This document shows positions 9,581 through 19,537 of a stretch of 64,000 nucleotides of DNA, in pieces. Position numbers and translations under genes: made by a program. Position 1 is the stretch's first letter. Each line of letters opens with the position of its first letter. The DNA is from Alphaproteobacteria bacterium (lineage in GTDB: Bacteria > Pseudomonadota > Alphaproteobacteria > UBA7887). The stretch covers positions 3,520,001-3,584,000 of the forward strand of contig CBDCGL010000011.1 of NCBI GenBank assembly GCA_965216755.1, read 5' to 3'. The notes beneath the pieces were generated by a model. That model worked only from the letters and a program-made list of their open reading frames with translations. It was not told the origin of the DNA and searched no databases.

Positions 9581-10287
9581 CAACGCAAATTGGCTTGGAT
9601 TTGGCTTTGCAATTTCGCCTCGGGCGCTTTCGACGATGCGTCGGCGGCAACCGGCTTGGTCGCGGCCATCGAGGGGCGCGCCTCGAATTCCTTGAACCAT
9701 TTGGCCAGCGCGGGCCGGGACAAATGCCAGGGCCGCGCACGAAATCGGTCACTGAGGAAACCAAGCGCGCAGCCGATGGTGATCAACCCGATATCGATTC
9801 CGTCACCGAACGTGTCGGCTTCCGCGTCGAGTTGGTCTAGCCCGCGATCGATCTTGGCCTGCTGATGGCGCAACCAGCCCGGAATCTGCACGGCCTGCGG
9901 CCGGCGATATTCGATCACGATCAAATGGGCGGCGTTGATAATCTCATCGCCCAAGGCGGCGCGCCGCAGCGCCGTCCACCGCGCCGGCCCGGCCGCCTGA
10001 AACAACTTTGGCGTGCCGTCCAGTTGGTCCAGATATTCACAGATCACCGCGCTGTCATAGAGCGGCGTTCCGTCATCGGTGATCAATGTCGGGATTTTGG
10101 CGATCGGATTCACGTCGGGCAGCGCATTGTCCGGCCCGGTCAGTGTGACATCGGCGATGCGCGTGTCGGTGGGGATCAGGGTGATCCGATCATCGAGCCC
10201 GCATTCGGCGGCAACCACCGCCACTTTGCGCACCCAGGGTGAATTGCTTGATGAGTAAAGCTTCACGACGCGTGTTCCCGGCTCCAT
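9580..10287 (-). CDS. glutathione S-transferase family protein
   Basis: SPWVRKV, NPIAKIPTL, LYDSAVICEYLD. Confidence 0.9.
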   Translation of the reverse strand: MEPGTRVVKLYSSSNSPWVRKVAVVAAECGLDDRITLIPTDTRIADVTLTGPDNALPDVNPIAKIPTLITDDGTPLYDSAVICEYLDQLDGTPKLFQAAGPARWTALRRAALGDEIINAAHLIVIEYRRPQAVQIPGWLRHQQAKIDRGLDQLDAEADTFGDGIDIGLITIGCALGFLSDRFRARPWHLSRPALAKWFKEFEARPSMAATKPVAADASSKAPEAKLQSQIQANLR

Positions 10288-10410
10288 ATCGATTATGATC
10301 AGCTTCGGCGCCGCGTCCGGCACCATGTCATGTTTAGCATGGGCCTTGGCTTTCGGCTACGTGGCGACGCCACCTGCGCGTCCCGAAATCAAGGCATTCT
10401 TGATCGTCTT

Positions 10411-11166
10411 ATGTGGCTCGACGTTTCGGATCTGCTCCGCTTTTACCGTTCGCCTCTTGGTCAGGTCGCGCAGCGGCTGATCCGCCAACGGATTCGGGAG
10501 ATGTGGCCAGACGTGACCGGGAGCCGGGTTCTGGCTTTGGGCTATGGCACTCCTTATCTGCGACCATTGCTGGGTGCGGCTGAACGCGCCGTCGCGATAA
10601 TGCCGGCGGTGCAAGGTGTGACCCGCTGGCCGCGCGAAGGCCCGAGCCTGGTGACGCTGGCTGAAGAAACGGCCTTGCCTTTCGCCGATAACGCGTTTGA
10701 TCGCATCATCTTGGTGCACGCGCTCGAATCAAGCGAACAGCTGCGGCCAATGTTGCGCGAAACATGGCGCGTCTTGGCGGCCAGCGGACGTTTGATGGTG
10801 ATCGTTCCCAATCGGCGCGGCCTATGGGCCCGGCTGGAACGGACGCCATTTGGCCACGGCCATCCCTACAGTCCGCGACAATTGGATCGGTTGCTGACCG
10901 GGTGCATGTTTTTGCCGACCCGTCACGAAGCCGCGTTGTATATGCCGCCCAGTCGTTGGCGCATGATTCTCAGGTTGGCGGCTGCCTGGGAACGGTTGGG
11001 TACCCGTTGGCTGCTGCCATTTTCCGGTGTGATTTTGACCGAAGCAGAGAAACAGGTCTATGCGGCAATCGGCGCGCGCACGGCCGAGCGTGCGGTCAAA
11101 GCCCGGACGGTGGCTGCGTCGAACCGTTCGTGGCGTCTGACACGCCATGTGCGCCGTTTCGACTAA
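10411..11166 (+). CDS. class I SAM-dependent methyltransferase (type 11)
   Basis: DVSDLLRFYRSPLG, LGYGTPYL, LPFADNAFDRIILVH, PNRRGLW, TPFGHGHPYS. Confidence 0.85.
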   Translation: MWLDVSDLLRFYRSPLGQVAQRLIRQRIREMWPDVTGSRVLALGYGTPYLRPLLGAAERAVAIMPAVQGVTRWPREGPSLVTLAEETALPFADNAFDRIILVHALESSEQLRPMLRETWRVLAASGRLMVIVPNRRGLWARLERTPFGHGHPYSPRQLDRLLTGCMFLPTRHEAALYMPPSRWRMILRLAAAWERLGTRWLLPFSGVILTEAEKQVYAAIGARTAERAVKARTVAASNRSWRLTRHVRRFD

Positions 11167-11812
11167 GCAAGAACACGCCTTGTTCGCCAAGCAGGTTCGA
11201 AAGAACGCCTGAGGCACGTAGACCGCTGAGCGAGCCCTCGTTGTTCAGGGCGTGACTGCGGACAATGGTCAGCCCATTGATCTCGCAGGTTTCGATGAAG
11301 TCCCGAATCGTACAGAAATGAATGTTCTGGGTGCCGTGCCAGGGCAGCGGCAGGGTCGACGTCACCGGCATTCGGCCGCGGGTCAGCAATTGCAGGCGGC
11401 ATCGCCAATGGCCGAAATTGGGAAACGAGACGATGGCGTAACGGCCGATGCGAATCAGCTCCAACAGCACAGTCAGTGGATGTCGTGTGGTCTGCAGGGT
11501 CTGGCTCAAGACGATAAAATCGAATGATCCGTCGGGATATGTCTTGAGGTCGGTGTCGGCGTCGCCTTGAATCACCGACAAGCCTTGCCGCAAGCAAGCT
11601 TGCACACCGTCTTGGCTGAGTTCCAGGCCGCGACCGTCCACATCTTTTTCGCGCACCAGAAGGCGTAGCAGGGCGCCATCGCTACATCCGACATCCAACA
11701 CGCGCGCGCCTGGGGAAATCATACTGGCGATCAGTTGGTGATCGACACGCACAGTTTCGTGGTTGCTGTTGCCGGTCGTGCTCGCCGGCGCGGTGGCGGT
11801 GGCCGCGGTCAT
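11096..11812 (-). CDS. metW: methionine biosynthesis protein MetW
   Basis: [39 protein letters not shown]; ATGA overlap with metX. Confidence 0.93.
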   Translation of the reverse strand: MTAATATAPASTTGNSNHETVRVDHQLIASMISPGARVLDVGCSDGALLRLLVREKDVDGRGLELSQDGVQACLRQGLSVIQGDADTDLKTYPDGSFDFIVLSQTLQTTRHPLTVLLELIRIGRYAIVSFPNFGHWRCRLQLLTRGRMPVTSTLPLPWHGTQNIHFCTIRDFIETCEINGLTIVRSHALNNEGSLSGLRASGVLSNLLGEQGVFLLSRNGAHGVSDATNGSTQPPSGL

Positions 11813-12972
11813 GGCTGCGGCAGCCGGCATTGCGCCGCGGCGCCGTTCAAGAATCCCTGCATCACCGCCAAAAACTCGGGTTCATCGAGCAAGAAGCTGT
11901 CATGGCCCTTGTCGGTCTCGATTTCAACAAAGCTGACATTGGCGGCGTTGGCATTGAGCGCGCGCACGATCGAACGGCTTTCGGCCGTCGGAAAAAGCCA
12001 ATCGCTGGAAAACGACACCAACAGAAAGCGGACCGGGGTGTCTTTGAAGGCGGCGGCCAAGGAACCGTGGTCGGCGGCCAAGTCGAAATAATCCATGGCC
12101 CGGGTGATGAAGAGATAGGAGTTGGCGTCGAACCGCTCGACAAATGTGCTGCCCTGGTGGCGCAGATAGCTTTCGACCTGGAATTCGGCTTCGAAGCCGT
12201 AGGTGAGCTGTTGGCTATCTTGCAGCATGCGCCCGAACTTGCGGTGAAAGGCGGCGTCAGAAAGGTAGGTGATATGGGCAACCATGCGCGCCACCGCCAA
12301 ACCTTGATGGGGCGTTTCACCTTGGGCGGCATAGTTTCCCTTATGCCACATCGGGTCAGACATGATCGCTTGGCGGCCGACCTCGTGAAAGGCGATATTT
12401 TGGGCCGTATGGCGTGCCGATGCTGCGATCGGGATGGCGGTATAGACGCGATCGGGAAAACGCGCCGCCCATTCCAGGGCCTGCATGCCGCCCATGGACC
12501 CGCCGACCACGCTGAACAGTTTTTCAATGCCCAAATAATCAAGCAGAAGCGCCTGGGCGCGCACGATGTCGCCGATGGTGATCACCGGGAAATCCAAGTC
12601 GTAGGCCTTGCCGGTCTTGGGGTTCTTTGTGCGCGGCCCCACGGAACCCATACAGCCGCCGAGCACGTTTGAGCAAATGATGAAATAGCGATCCGTGTCG
12701 AACAACCGACCCGGGCCGACCAGATGGTCCCACCATCCGGGGCGGCCGGTCATGGGATGGTTGCCGGCAACATATTGGTCGCCGGTCAGGGCGTGACAAA
12801 TCAAAATGGCATTGGAGCGGCCAGGATTGAGTGTGCCATAGGTCTGATATGCCATGTCGAACGGCCCAAGCGGTTGACCGCAATCCAGCAGCATCGGTTC
12901 CGGATCGCCAAGCCGGGCGATCGGATGATGCGTGATGTCGGTGCGCAAAGGCTGGTCGGATATGATCGTCAC
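11809..12972 (-). CDS. metX: homoserine O-acyltransferase MetX
   Basis: [35 protein letters not shown]. Confidence 0.95.
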   Translation of the reverse strand: MTIISDQPLRTDITHHPIARLGDPEPMLLDCGQPLGPFDMAYQTYGTLNPGRSNAILICHALTGDQYVAGNHPMTGRPGWWDHLVGPGRLFDTDRYFIICSNVLGGCMGSVGPRTKNPKTGKAYDLDFPVITIGDIVRAQALLLDYLGIEKLFSVVGGSMGGMQALEWAARFPDRVYTAIPIAASARHTAQNIAFHEVGRQAIMSDPMWHKGNYAAQGETPHQGLAVARMVAHITYLSDAAFHRKFGRMLQDSQQLTYGFEAEFQVESYLRHQGSTFVERFDANSYLFITRAMDYFDLAADHGSLAAAFKDTPVRFLLVSFSSDWLFPTAESRSIVRALNANAANVSFVEIETDKGHDSFLLDEPEFLAVMQGFLNGAAAQCRLPQP

Positions 12973-13076
12973 ACAAATATTCCCTTCCGCGCCGCCTCTG
13001 CCACCGGCGGCCGGATCAAGATTTTCGGCGCGCCGTCAGGACGCTCGGACGGCACACATAATACTAACCCGATGAC

Positions 13077-13166
13077 CTAGAACAGTATCCAACAATATTG
13101 AGCCAGTTCTGTGGGCACCCGCCGGTCGCCGACAGAACTGGCTCAATAATCGTGGATACTGCTTTG
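13077..13166. repeat. long intergenic hairpin
   Basis: CAGTATCCA/TGGATACTG plus perfect 17-bp stem 13096-13112/13132-13148. Confidence 0.8.
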
Positions 13167-13270
13167 CAAAGGACGACGCGTATCTGTCAACGACTTCTTT
13201 GCATTTGGCGGGGTGCGTGCTATGAGCGCCTGCTGGTCGCCGGTGCGGCCGCACAGCCGGATCTTCAAGG

Positions 13271-14149
13271 ATGAACGAGACGGAAAACCTTAAAAAACTG
13301 CGCGCCGAAATCGACGCGATCGACGACCAGATCCACGACTTGCTCATGCGGCGGACAGAGGTCGTCCTCAAGGTCGGCGCCCTCAAACGCGGCAGTGGGG
13401 CTGCCGGGCTGGCGCTGCGCCCGGGTCGCGAGGCGGCCATTTTGCGCCGGTTGGCGACGCGGCATCAGGGGCCCTTTCCCGCCCCCGTGATGGTGCGGAT
13501 TTGGCGCGAGCTGTTGTCGGCGCAGGTCTCGATTCAGAGCGATTTCTCGGTGGTCGCGTTCGCGCCGGAAGGCCTTAATGTTTATCGCGATTTGGCGCGC
13601 GACCAATTTGGCGCGACCACACCGCTGCGTACGCGGCCGTCGGTGATGCAGGTCTTGACCATGGTCGACGAGGGCGCGGCATCGGTGGGGGTGTTGCCAA
13701 TGCCGGTGGGGGAGCGTCAGGATCCGTGGTGGCGCGGGCTTGTTGCTGCCGATTCCGAGGCGCCGCAAATCATCGCACGGTTGCCATTTTACGAAGCGAC
13801 GCCGGATGCCGCCGACCAGCCGTCGGCCTTGGTGATTGCGCGCACCGATCCGGATCCGACCGGCGATGACATCACCATGATCGCCGTAGAGGTCCAGGGC
13901 AGCATCAGCCGCGATCGCGTGCGTGGCGCGTTTGCCGCCCACCAGCTTGCGGTGTCGTGGGTTGGCGCCTGGAACGACCCCGACGACCCTGACCATGCGA
14001 TGCATCTGTTGGCGGTTGACCGCTTTGTTGGCCGAAATGAGCCGCGCTTGACCGCCATCCGCGAGGAATTAGGCAGCGATGCCGTGGTCATCCGGTCGCT
14101 CGGCGGTTATGCCCGACCGCTTGCCGCCGGCGAAGATCCCTCTGGCTGA
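13271..14149 (+). CDS. chorismate mutase with degenerate prephenate dehydratase/ACT-like C-terminus
   Basis: LRAEIDAIDDQIHDLL, RPGREAAILRRL, RIWRELL, LGGYA. Confidence 0.85.
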   Translation: MNETENLKKLRAEIDAIDDQIHDLLMRRTEVVLKVGALKRGSGAAGLALRPGREAAILRRLATRHQGPFPAPVMVRIWRELLSAQVSIQSDFSVVAFAPEGLNVYRDLARDQFGATTPLRTRPSVMQVLTMVDEGAASVGVLPMPVGERQDPWWRGLVAADSEAPQIIARLPFYEATPDAADQPSALVIARTDPDPTGDDITMIAVEVQGSISRDRVRGAFAAHQLAVSWVGAWNDPDDPDHAMHLLAVDRFVGRNEPRLTAIREELGSDAVVIRSLGGYARPLAAGEDPSG

Positions 14150-14153
14150 ACGG

Positions 14154-15041
14154 ATGGCACAGCCGCCCCTATTTCGACGCGTGGCTCTGCTCGGCCTGGG
14201 GCTGATTGGCAGTTCGCTCGCCCGCGTCATACGCCAGGAACATTTGGCGGAGACGGTCATCGGCTATGCGCGCAGCGCGGCGACGCGGCAGAAGGCGATG
14301 AATCTAAAGATCGTGTCCGCGGTTGCTGAAACAGCCGAGGCGGCAGTTCAAGACTGCGACTTGGTTGTGCTGTGTGCCCCGGTCGGTGCGAACCAGGCGC
14401 TGGCCCAGGCGATCGGGCCGCATCTTGCGCCTGGCGCCATTGTTAGCGATGTCGGTTCTGTCAAACAGGCAGTGATTGCCGCGGTGGCGCCGCACCTTCC
14501 GGCACACGCCAGTTTGGTGCCCGCCCACCCGATCGCGGGAACCGAGCATTCTGGGCCGGAAGCGGGTTTCGCGTCGTTGTTCAAGGGCCGCTGGTGCGTC
14601 ATCACGCCGCCGCCGGATACGGATCCGCAAGCTGTCGACAAGATCGGCGCGCTGTGGCAGCGGGCGGGCAGCATGGTCGACGTGATGTCGGCGGAACATC
14701 ACGATTTGGTTCTGGCCATCACCTCGCATATCCCCCATTTGATCGCTTACAACATTGTCGGCACCGTCGCCGATTTGGAGGACGATACCAAGCTTGAGGT
14801 GATCAAATATGCGGCCAGCGGATTTCGCGATTTCACCCGCATTGCCGCCTCTGATCCGGTCATGTGGCGCGATGTGTTCATAAACAACCGCGAGGCGGTT
14901 TTAGAAATGCTGGGCCGTTTCAGTGAAGACCTGTCGCGCTTGCAACGGGCGGTGCGGCGCGGCGATGGTGACACCTTGGAAGAGATGTTTCGGCGCACGC
15001 GCAGCATTCGCCGGGATGTGGTCGACGCCAAGCAGGCGTAG
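14154..15041 (+). CDS. tyrC: prephenate/cyclohexadienyl dehydrogenase
   Basis: GLGLIGSS, DVGSVK, HPIAGTE, TSHIPH, GFRDFTRIAASDPVMW. Confidence 0.93.
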   Translation: MAQPPLFRRVALLGLGLIGSSLARVIRQEHLAETVIGYARSAATRQKAMNLKIVSAVAETAEAAVQDCDLVVLCAPVGANQALAQAIGPHLAPGAIVSDVGSVKQAVIAAVAPHLPAHASLVPAHPIAGTEHSGPEAGFASLFKGRWCVITPPPDTDPQAVDKIGALWQRAGSMVDVMSAEHHDLVLAITSHIPHLIAYNIVGTVADLEDDTKLEVIKYAASGFRDFTRIAASDPVMWRDVFINNREAVLEMLGRFSEDLSRLQRAVRRGDGDTLEEMFRRTRSIRRDVVDAKQA

Positions 15042-15043
15042 GC

Positions 15044-16102
15044 CTATTGCAGCGCGCTGGTGAGCGACGGCAATGCCACCAGCGGCACTGGCCCCAGGAA
15101 TAGCGCGCCGTCGCGGGCGGTGAGCGGCAACTCAACAAAAGGCGCTTCGCCGTTCGCATCTTCTTGCGTTGCCAGCGCGATGACCAGGTCGAGTGCCGTC
15201 GCGCCGTCGTCACTGATCAGCCCGCGTTGGTGGAGGTCTCGGACGAGCGCGGTGGCACCGCGGATACGCGCGGTCAGTTCGCCGGCCGGGCGAAGCCCCT
15301 CATCCAAGCTTAGAATTCCGCGTGCCCGCGCGTCGACTTTGCCCCAGAGAATGTCGGCCTGCCGAACTTGCAGCTGACCGCCGGCGCCGCGCCACGCGCG
15401 CAAGGCGGGCGCCGACAGGGCATTTGGCGCCGGCCCGGTGAGCAACAGGTCGGCGGTCACAGCGGCAATATCCGCGCCCAGCGCGCCGGCCAACGCGGGC
15501 GGCAGCGCAAGGTTGTCCAGGCGTATGACGGTCTGGATTGGTATCTCCGCGATTGTGCCATTGTCGCCGCCGTCGCCACCGGGTGAGGTGACCAGGCGTG
15601 CATGAAGTTGCGCCCGACCGAGCCGATAAGTGGCCCCGTGGGCCGGGTTGGCAATCGTCGCGTCGCCAATATCGACGGCCAGCTCACGGACTTGACGCGT
15701 GCCGTCCAGCCTCAAGCTGGCCAGGGCGCGTTGTGGCTGAATGTCGAGATCGGTTCGCGTATCGCCGCTGCCGATGTGCAGCGTGCTGGGGCCGCGCACG
15801 CGGCCGATCCAGCGTTTGAGATTCCAAGGCTGGGCGACAACATCGACGCGTTGTCCGCGCCACTGCCATGGCCGCGCAATGTTCGGCGCGGCGACAGTCA
15901 GGACGTCGGTCGCCGCGCTGAGGCGATAGGGATAGCCGGTGATGTTGAGCCCTGTCGGTTCAACATGTATGCCTTGTGCGTGCCACGCGGCGATTTGCCG
16001 CGCGGCGCCGGCGCGCAGCTGGTCGGAGAGTATCCACCAATAGGCGCTATAGCCCGCGGCGCCGAGGCCCAAAGCCGCGAAGATCAGGATGATTCGAAAC
16101 AC
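15044..16102 (-). CDS. DUF2125 domain protein
   Basis: N-terminal TM, GYPYRL, AQPWN, C-terminal LFLGPVPL; divergent from chaC. Confidence 0.75.
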   Translation of the reverse strand: MFRIILIFAALGLGAAGYSAYWWILSDQLRAGAARQIAAWHAQGIHVEPTGLNITGYPYRLSAATDVLTVAAPNIARPWQWRGQRVDVVAQPWNLKRWIGRVRGPSTLHIGSGDTRTDLDIQPQRALASLRLDGTRQVRELAVDIGDATIANPAHGATYRLGRAQLHARLVTSPGGDGGDNGTIAEIPIQTVIRLDNLALPPALAGALGADIAAVTADLLLTGPAPNALSAPALRAWRGAGGQLQVRQADILWGKVDARARGILSLDEGLRPAGELTARIRGATALVRDLHQRGLISDDGATALDLVIALATQEDANGEAPFVELPLTARDGALFLGPVPLVALPSLTSALQ

Positions 16103-16128
16103 TGTGTCAGTATTCGCTTTCTAGCCCC

Positions 16129-16662
16129 ATGGATGACATCTGGATCTTTGCCTATGGTTCGCTGATGTGGCGGCCCGACTTTCCATTCGTCGCGCGCCGC
16201 GCCGCGCTGTTACACGGTTACCACCGCGCGTTTTGCATCTATTCGACCCTCTATCGCGGCACGCCGGAAACGCCGGGGTTGGTCTTGGGATTGAATTTTG
16301 GAGGTTCGTGCCGCGGCTGTGTTTATCGTGTTCGCGGCCGTGATGCCACGGCGGTGATCGACTATTTGGATGCGCGCGAGTTGGTCTACGGCGTCTATGA
16401 GCGGCGCACCGTGCCCTTGACATTGGATTGCGGGCGCGTTGCCGCCACGGCTTATGTCGTTAACCGCGCCAACCCGCAATATGCCGGTGATTTGCCGTTG
16501 GACGAGACTGTAGCTCTAATTTTGCAGGGGCACGGTCAAAGCGGTGCTTGTAAAGATTATTTGGAAAGCACGGTCAGGCATCTGGATGAAATGGGCATTC
16601 CCGATAAACCATTGCATCATTTATGGAGGGCCGTGAAAATAGCGAAATCAAGCGCGGACTAA
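16129..16662 (+). CDS. chaC: gamma-glutamylcyclotransferase ChaC
   Basis: WIFAYGSLMW, YRGTPETPGLVLGL, YLDARE. Confidence 0.92.
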   Translation: MDDIWIFAYGSLMWRPDFPFVARRAALLHGYHRAFCIYSTLYRGTPETPGLVLGLNFGGSCRGCVYRVRGRDATAVIDYLDARELVYGVYERRTVPLTLDCGRVAATAYVVNRANPQYAGDLPLDETVALILQGHGQSGACKDYLESTVRHLDEMGIPDKPLHHLWRAVKIAKSSAD

Positions 16663-17078
16663 TTGAAGAATCTCAGTCTATTATCAATGTTCACACGGTC
16701 ATAGAGCGATGTCTCAAGGGCGGTAATATGGATTGTTTGGGAATTATTTAAGAGCATGAATAAGATAAGCGTCGTCACTATAAGAATAAACTTTGACATA
16801 TTGTATTTCTATGTTGTTTCCATCAGAAGTCGATAAATATGATTATATCGCGATATCGCTTCGTGGTTTTTTCCTGATCATCATGGGAATTCACCTGAGT
16901 GTATGGAAATATGTGAAATCCTATAGAGAATGAATGTATTTCCAACAAAATCTATCGAAGTAAATATTAGTTATGTCATTGATATCTGAAATGACCATGG
17001 GAGAAGAGAAGTATCTTACGATACGCGAAAGAGACGCACACGGTTTCCCGTAGATATTATTGTTTCAAACAGGCGTTT
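16663..17078. other. AT-rich intergenic islet
   Basis: 17/60 G+C in 16741-16800, far below flanking genes; no ORF >=60 aa inside. Confidence 0.8.
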
Positions 17079-19433
17079 CTATTCGCAACGCGAATAGCCG
17101 CAGGCGGTGCAGCTGTCGCAACCTTCGACGCGGATCAAAGCCGGTGCGCCGCATCGCGGACAACCACGTTGTCGCCGCGTTCGGGGCTGTATGTCGGACG
17201 TTTCGGGGTCCGACCCGGGCGCGTCGTCGCCGATCAATGTGAGGGCCGGTGTCGACCCTTGCGGTAGAAACCCGGTGCTGATCATGTGTTGTTCGATAAC
17301 ATCGCCGATCGCGGCCAACAGGGACGGCACATAGCGCCCGGCCACCCATTGGCCGCCGCGCGGATCGAACACGGCCTTGAGTTCATCGACGACAAACGAC
17401 ACATCGCCCCCGCGGCGGAACACCGCACTGATCATCCGGGTCAGCGCCAACGTCCAGGCATAGTGTTCCATGTTCTTCGAATTGATGAAGATTTCGAACG
17501 GGCGCCGACGGCCGTCCTGGATGATGTCGTTGATGGTGATATAGATGGCGTGATCGCTGTCCGGCCAGCGCACTTTGTAGGTCGAGCCAGGCAAGGATTC
17601 GGGGCGTTCCAGCGGCTGCGTCATGTAAACGACACCGCCGGCGTCATATTCGTCCGCCGGCCGTGCGTCGCCGGGCCCCAGCGGCAATTCGACTTGCCGG
17701 CCGGCTTCGCGGGCCACGTCCGCAGCCGCGCCATCCGCGTCGGTTTCCAAGACCGCGCCGGTGATGCTGTTGGGCCGAAACGTCGTGCAACCCTTGCAAC
17801 CCATATCATACGCCTGTTCGTAGACAGACTTGAAATCATCAAAAGTGATTTCTTCGGCGCAATTGATGGTTTTGGAGATCGAGCTATCGATATGGCGCTG
17901 GGCGGCGGCCTGCATGACCAGATGATCGCGCGGCGTAAGGCTTTGTGCGTCGATAAAATAGTCGGGCAGGGGTGTATCGGCACCATGCTGGCCGCGAAAC
18001 AGCCGGTATGCGTAGTCGGAAACCTCCTCCGACCGGGTCGTGCCATCGGGCATCAAAACATTGCGCCGATAGGCGAAGCTAAACACCGGTTCGATGCCGG
18101 ACGAAACATTGTCGGCCATCAGAGAAATTGTTCCGGTCGGCGCGATCGAGGTCAGCAACGCGTTGCGGATGCCGGATTTGGCGATGGCCGCGCGGACATC
18201 GTCGTCGAGCGCCGCGACCGTTTCGCCGGCCAAATACGGATCGCGTTGATAAAGCGGAAAGGCGCCTTTTTCGGCCGCCAAAGCTGCCGCCGTCAGATAG
18301 GCCGCGCGACGAATCCGCGCCAGCCAGCTCTCGGTCAGGCGCACAGCCTTGGCGCCGCCATAGCGTGCGCAACACATGATCAAGGCATCGGCCAGCCCGG
18401 TGACGCCCAGCCCAATACGACGCTTGGCGCGGGCTTCCTCAGCCTGCGCCGGTAGCGGATAGCCGGACACATCGATGGCGTCGTCCAGCATGCGCACGGC
18501 GGTCGCGGTCAGACCATCAAGCGCCGTTTCATCGATTGTGGCTTGGTCGGTGAAAGGTTGCTGCACCAGCCGCGCCAGATTGATTGAACCTAGGAGACAG
18601 GCGCCGTAGGGCGGCAATGGTTGCTCGCCACAGGGGTTCGTGGCGCTGATGGCTTCCACGTAGGCCAGGTTGTTACGCGCATTGACCCGGTCGATGAATA
18701 TCACGCCCGGTTCGGCATACGCATATGTGGCGCGCATGATCTTGTCCCACAGCCCGCGCGCCGAAACGGTCTTGTAAGTGACGTCATCGAACACCAAGTC
18801 CCACGGCGCGTCGCGCTTGACCGCGTCCATCAACGCGTCGGTGACCAGAACCGACAGATTGAACATCCGTAATTGGCCGGGTTCACGCTTGGCGTCGATA
18901 AACGCCTCGATATCCGGATGGTCGCAGCGCAAGGTGCCCATCATCGCACCACGCCGGTGGCCGGCGCTCATGATTGTCCGGCACATGCCGTCCCAGACAT
19001 TCATGAACGAGATCGGTCCGGACGCATCGGCACCGACGCCGCGCACGGGCGCGCCCAATGGCCGCAGCGTGGAAAAATCGTGGCCGATGCCGCCGCCCTG
19101 CTGCATGGTTAACGCGGCTTCCTTCAGCGAGTCGAAAATGCCCGCCATATCGTCGGCGATGGCGCCCATGACAAAGCAATTGAACAGCGTCACGGCCCGA
19201 CCGCTGCCGGCGCCGGCGACAATACGCCCGGCCGGCAAAAACTTGAAATCAGCGAGCGCCCGGTAAAAGCGTTCCGCCCACGGGGCCGGCGTCGTTTCAG
19301 GCGCCGCCAGCGCATGTGCGACGCGCCGCCAAGTGTCTTCCAGGGACTTGTCGACGACACTGCCGTCGGCCGCCTTCAGGCGGTACTTCATGTCCCAAAT
19401 TTGGCGCGCGAACGGCGTCACGCTGGTGGTCAT
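17079..19433 (-). CDS. nrdJ: adenosylcobalamin-dependent (class II) ribonucleotide reductase with C-terminal TSCPD/Zn-ribbon
   Basis: LFNCFV, TNPCGEQPL, IAPTGTIS, SISKTINC, CPRC...CDSCTACGYSRC. Confidence 0.95.
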   Translation of the reverse strand: MTTSVTPFARQIWDMKYRLKAADGSVVDKSLEDTWRRVAHALAAPETTPAPWAERFYRALADFKFLPAGRIVAGAGSGRAVTLFNCFVMGAIADDMAGIFDSLKEAALTMQQGGGIGHDFSTLRPLGAPVRGVGADASGPISFMNVWDGMCRTIMSAGHRRGAMMGTLRCDHPDIEAFIDAKREPGQLRMFNLSVLVTDALMDAVKRDAPWDLVFDDVTYKTVSARGLWDKIMRATYAYAEPGVIFIDRVNARNNLAYVEAISATNPCGEQPLPPYGACLLGSINLARLVQQPFTDQATIDETALDGLTATAVRMLDDAIDVSGYPLPAQAEEARAKRRIGLGVTGLADALIMCCARYGGAKAVRLTESWLARIRRAAYLTAAALAAEKGAFPLYQRDPYLAGETVAALDDDVRAAIAKSGIRNALLTSIAPTGTISLMADNVSSGIEPVFSFAYRRNVLMPDGTTRSEEVSDYAYRLFRGQHGADTPLPDYFIDAQSLTPRDHLVMQAAAQRHIDSSISKTINCAEEITFDDFKSVYEQAYDMGCKGCTTFRPNSITGAVLETDADGAAADVAREAGRQVELPLGPGDARPADEYDAGGVVYMTQPLERPESLPGSTYKVRWPDSDHAIYITINDIIQDGRRRPFEIFINSKNMEHYAWTLALTRMISAVFRRGGDVSFVVDELKAVFDPRGGQWVAGRYVPSLLAAIGDVIEQHMISTGFLPQGSTPALTLIGDDAPGSDPETSDIQPRTRRQRGCPRCGAPALIRVEGCDSCTACGYSRCE

Positions 19434-19469
19434 TTGCGGGTCCGATTTCGTCTGCTTCCAGGGGCGCAG

Positions 19470-19519
19470 ACTCTAGGCCTCGCCGGTCCTATGGTCAATC
19501 TTTTGTTCTTTTTTTGTTC
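19470..19519 (-). promoter_or_regulatory. sigma70-like nrdJ promoter with LexA box
   Basis: TTGACC-N17-TAGAGT on minus strand (19498-19470); GTTC-N7-GTTC at 19505-19519. Confidence 0.7.
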
Positions 19520-19537
19520 TGTCGTCCGTCGGTGCTG

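Noticed and set aside
12973-13076. SAM riboswitch upstream of metX
   Set aside because: No recognisable SAM-II or SAM-SAH consensus by eye; needs an Infernal scan to exclude.
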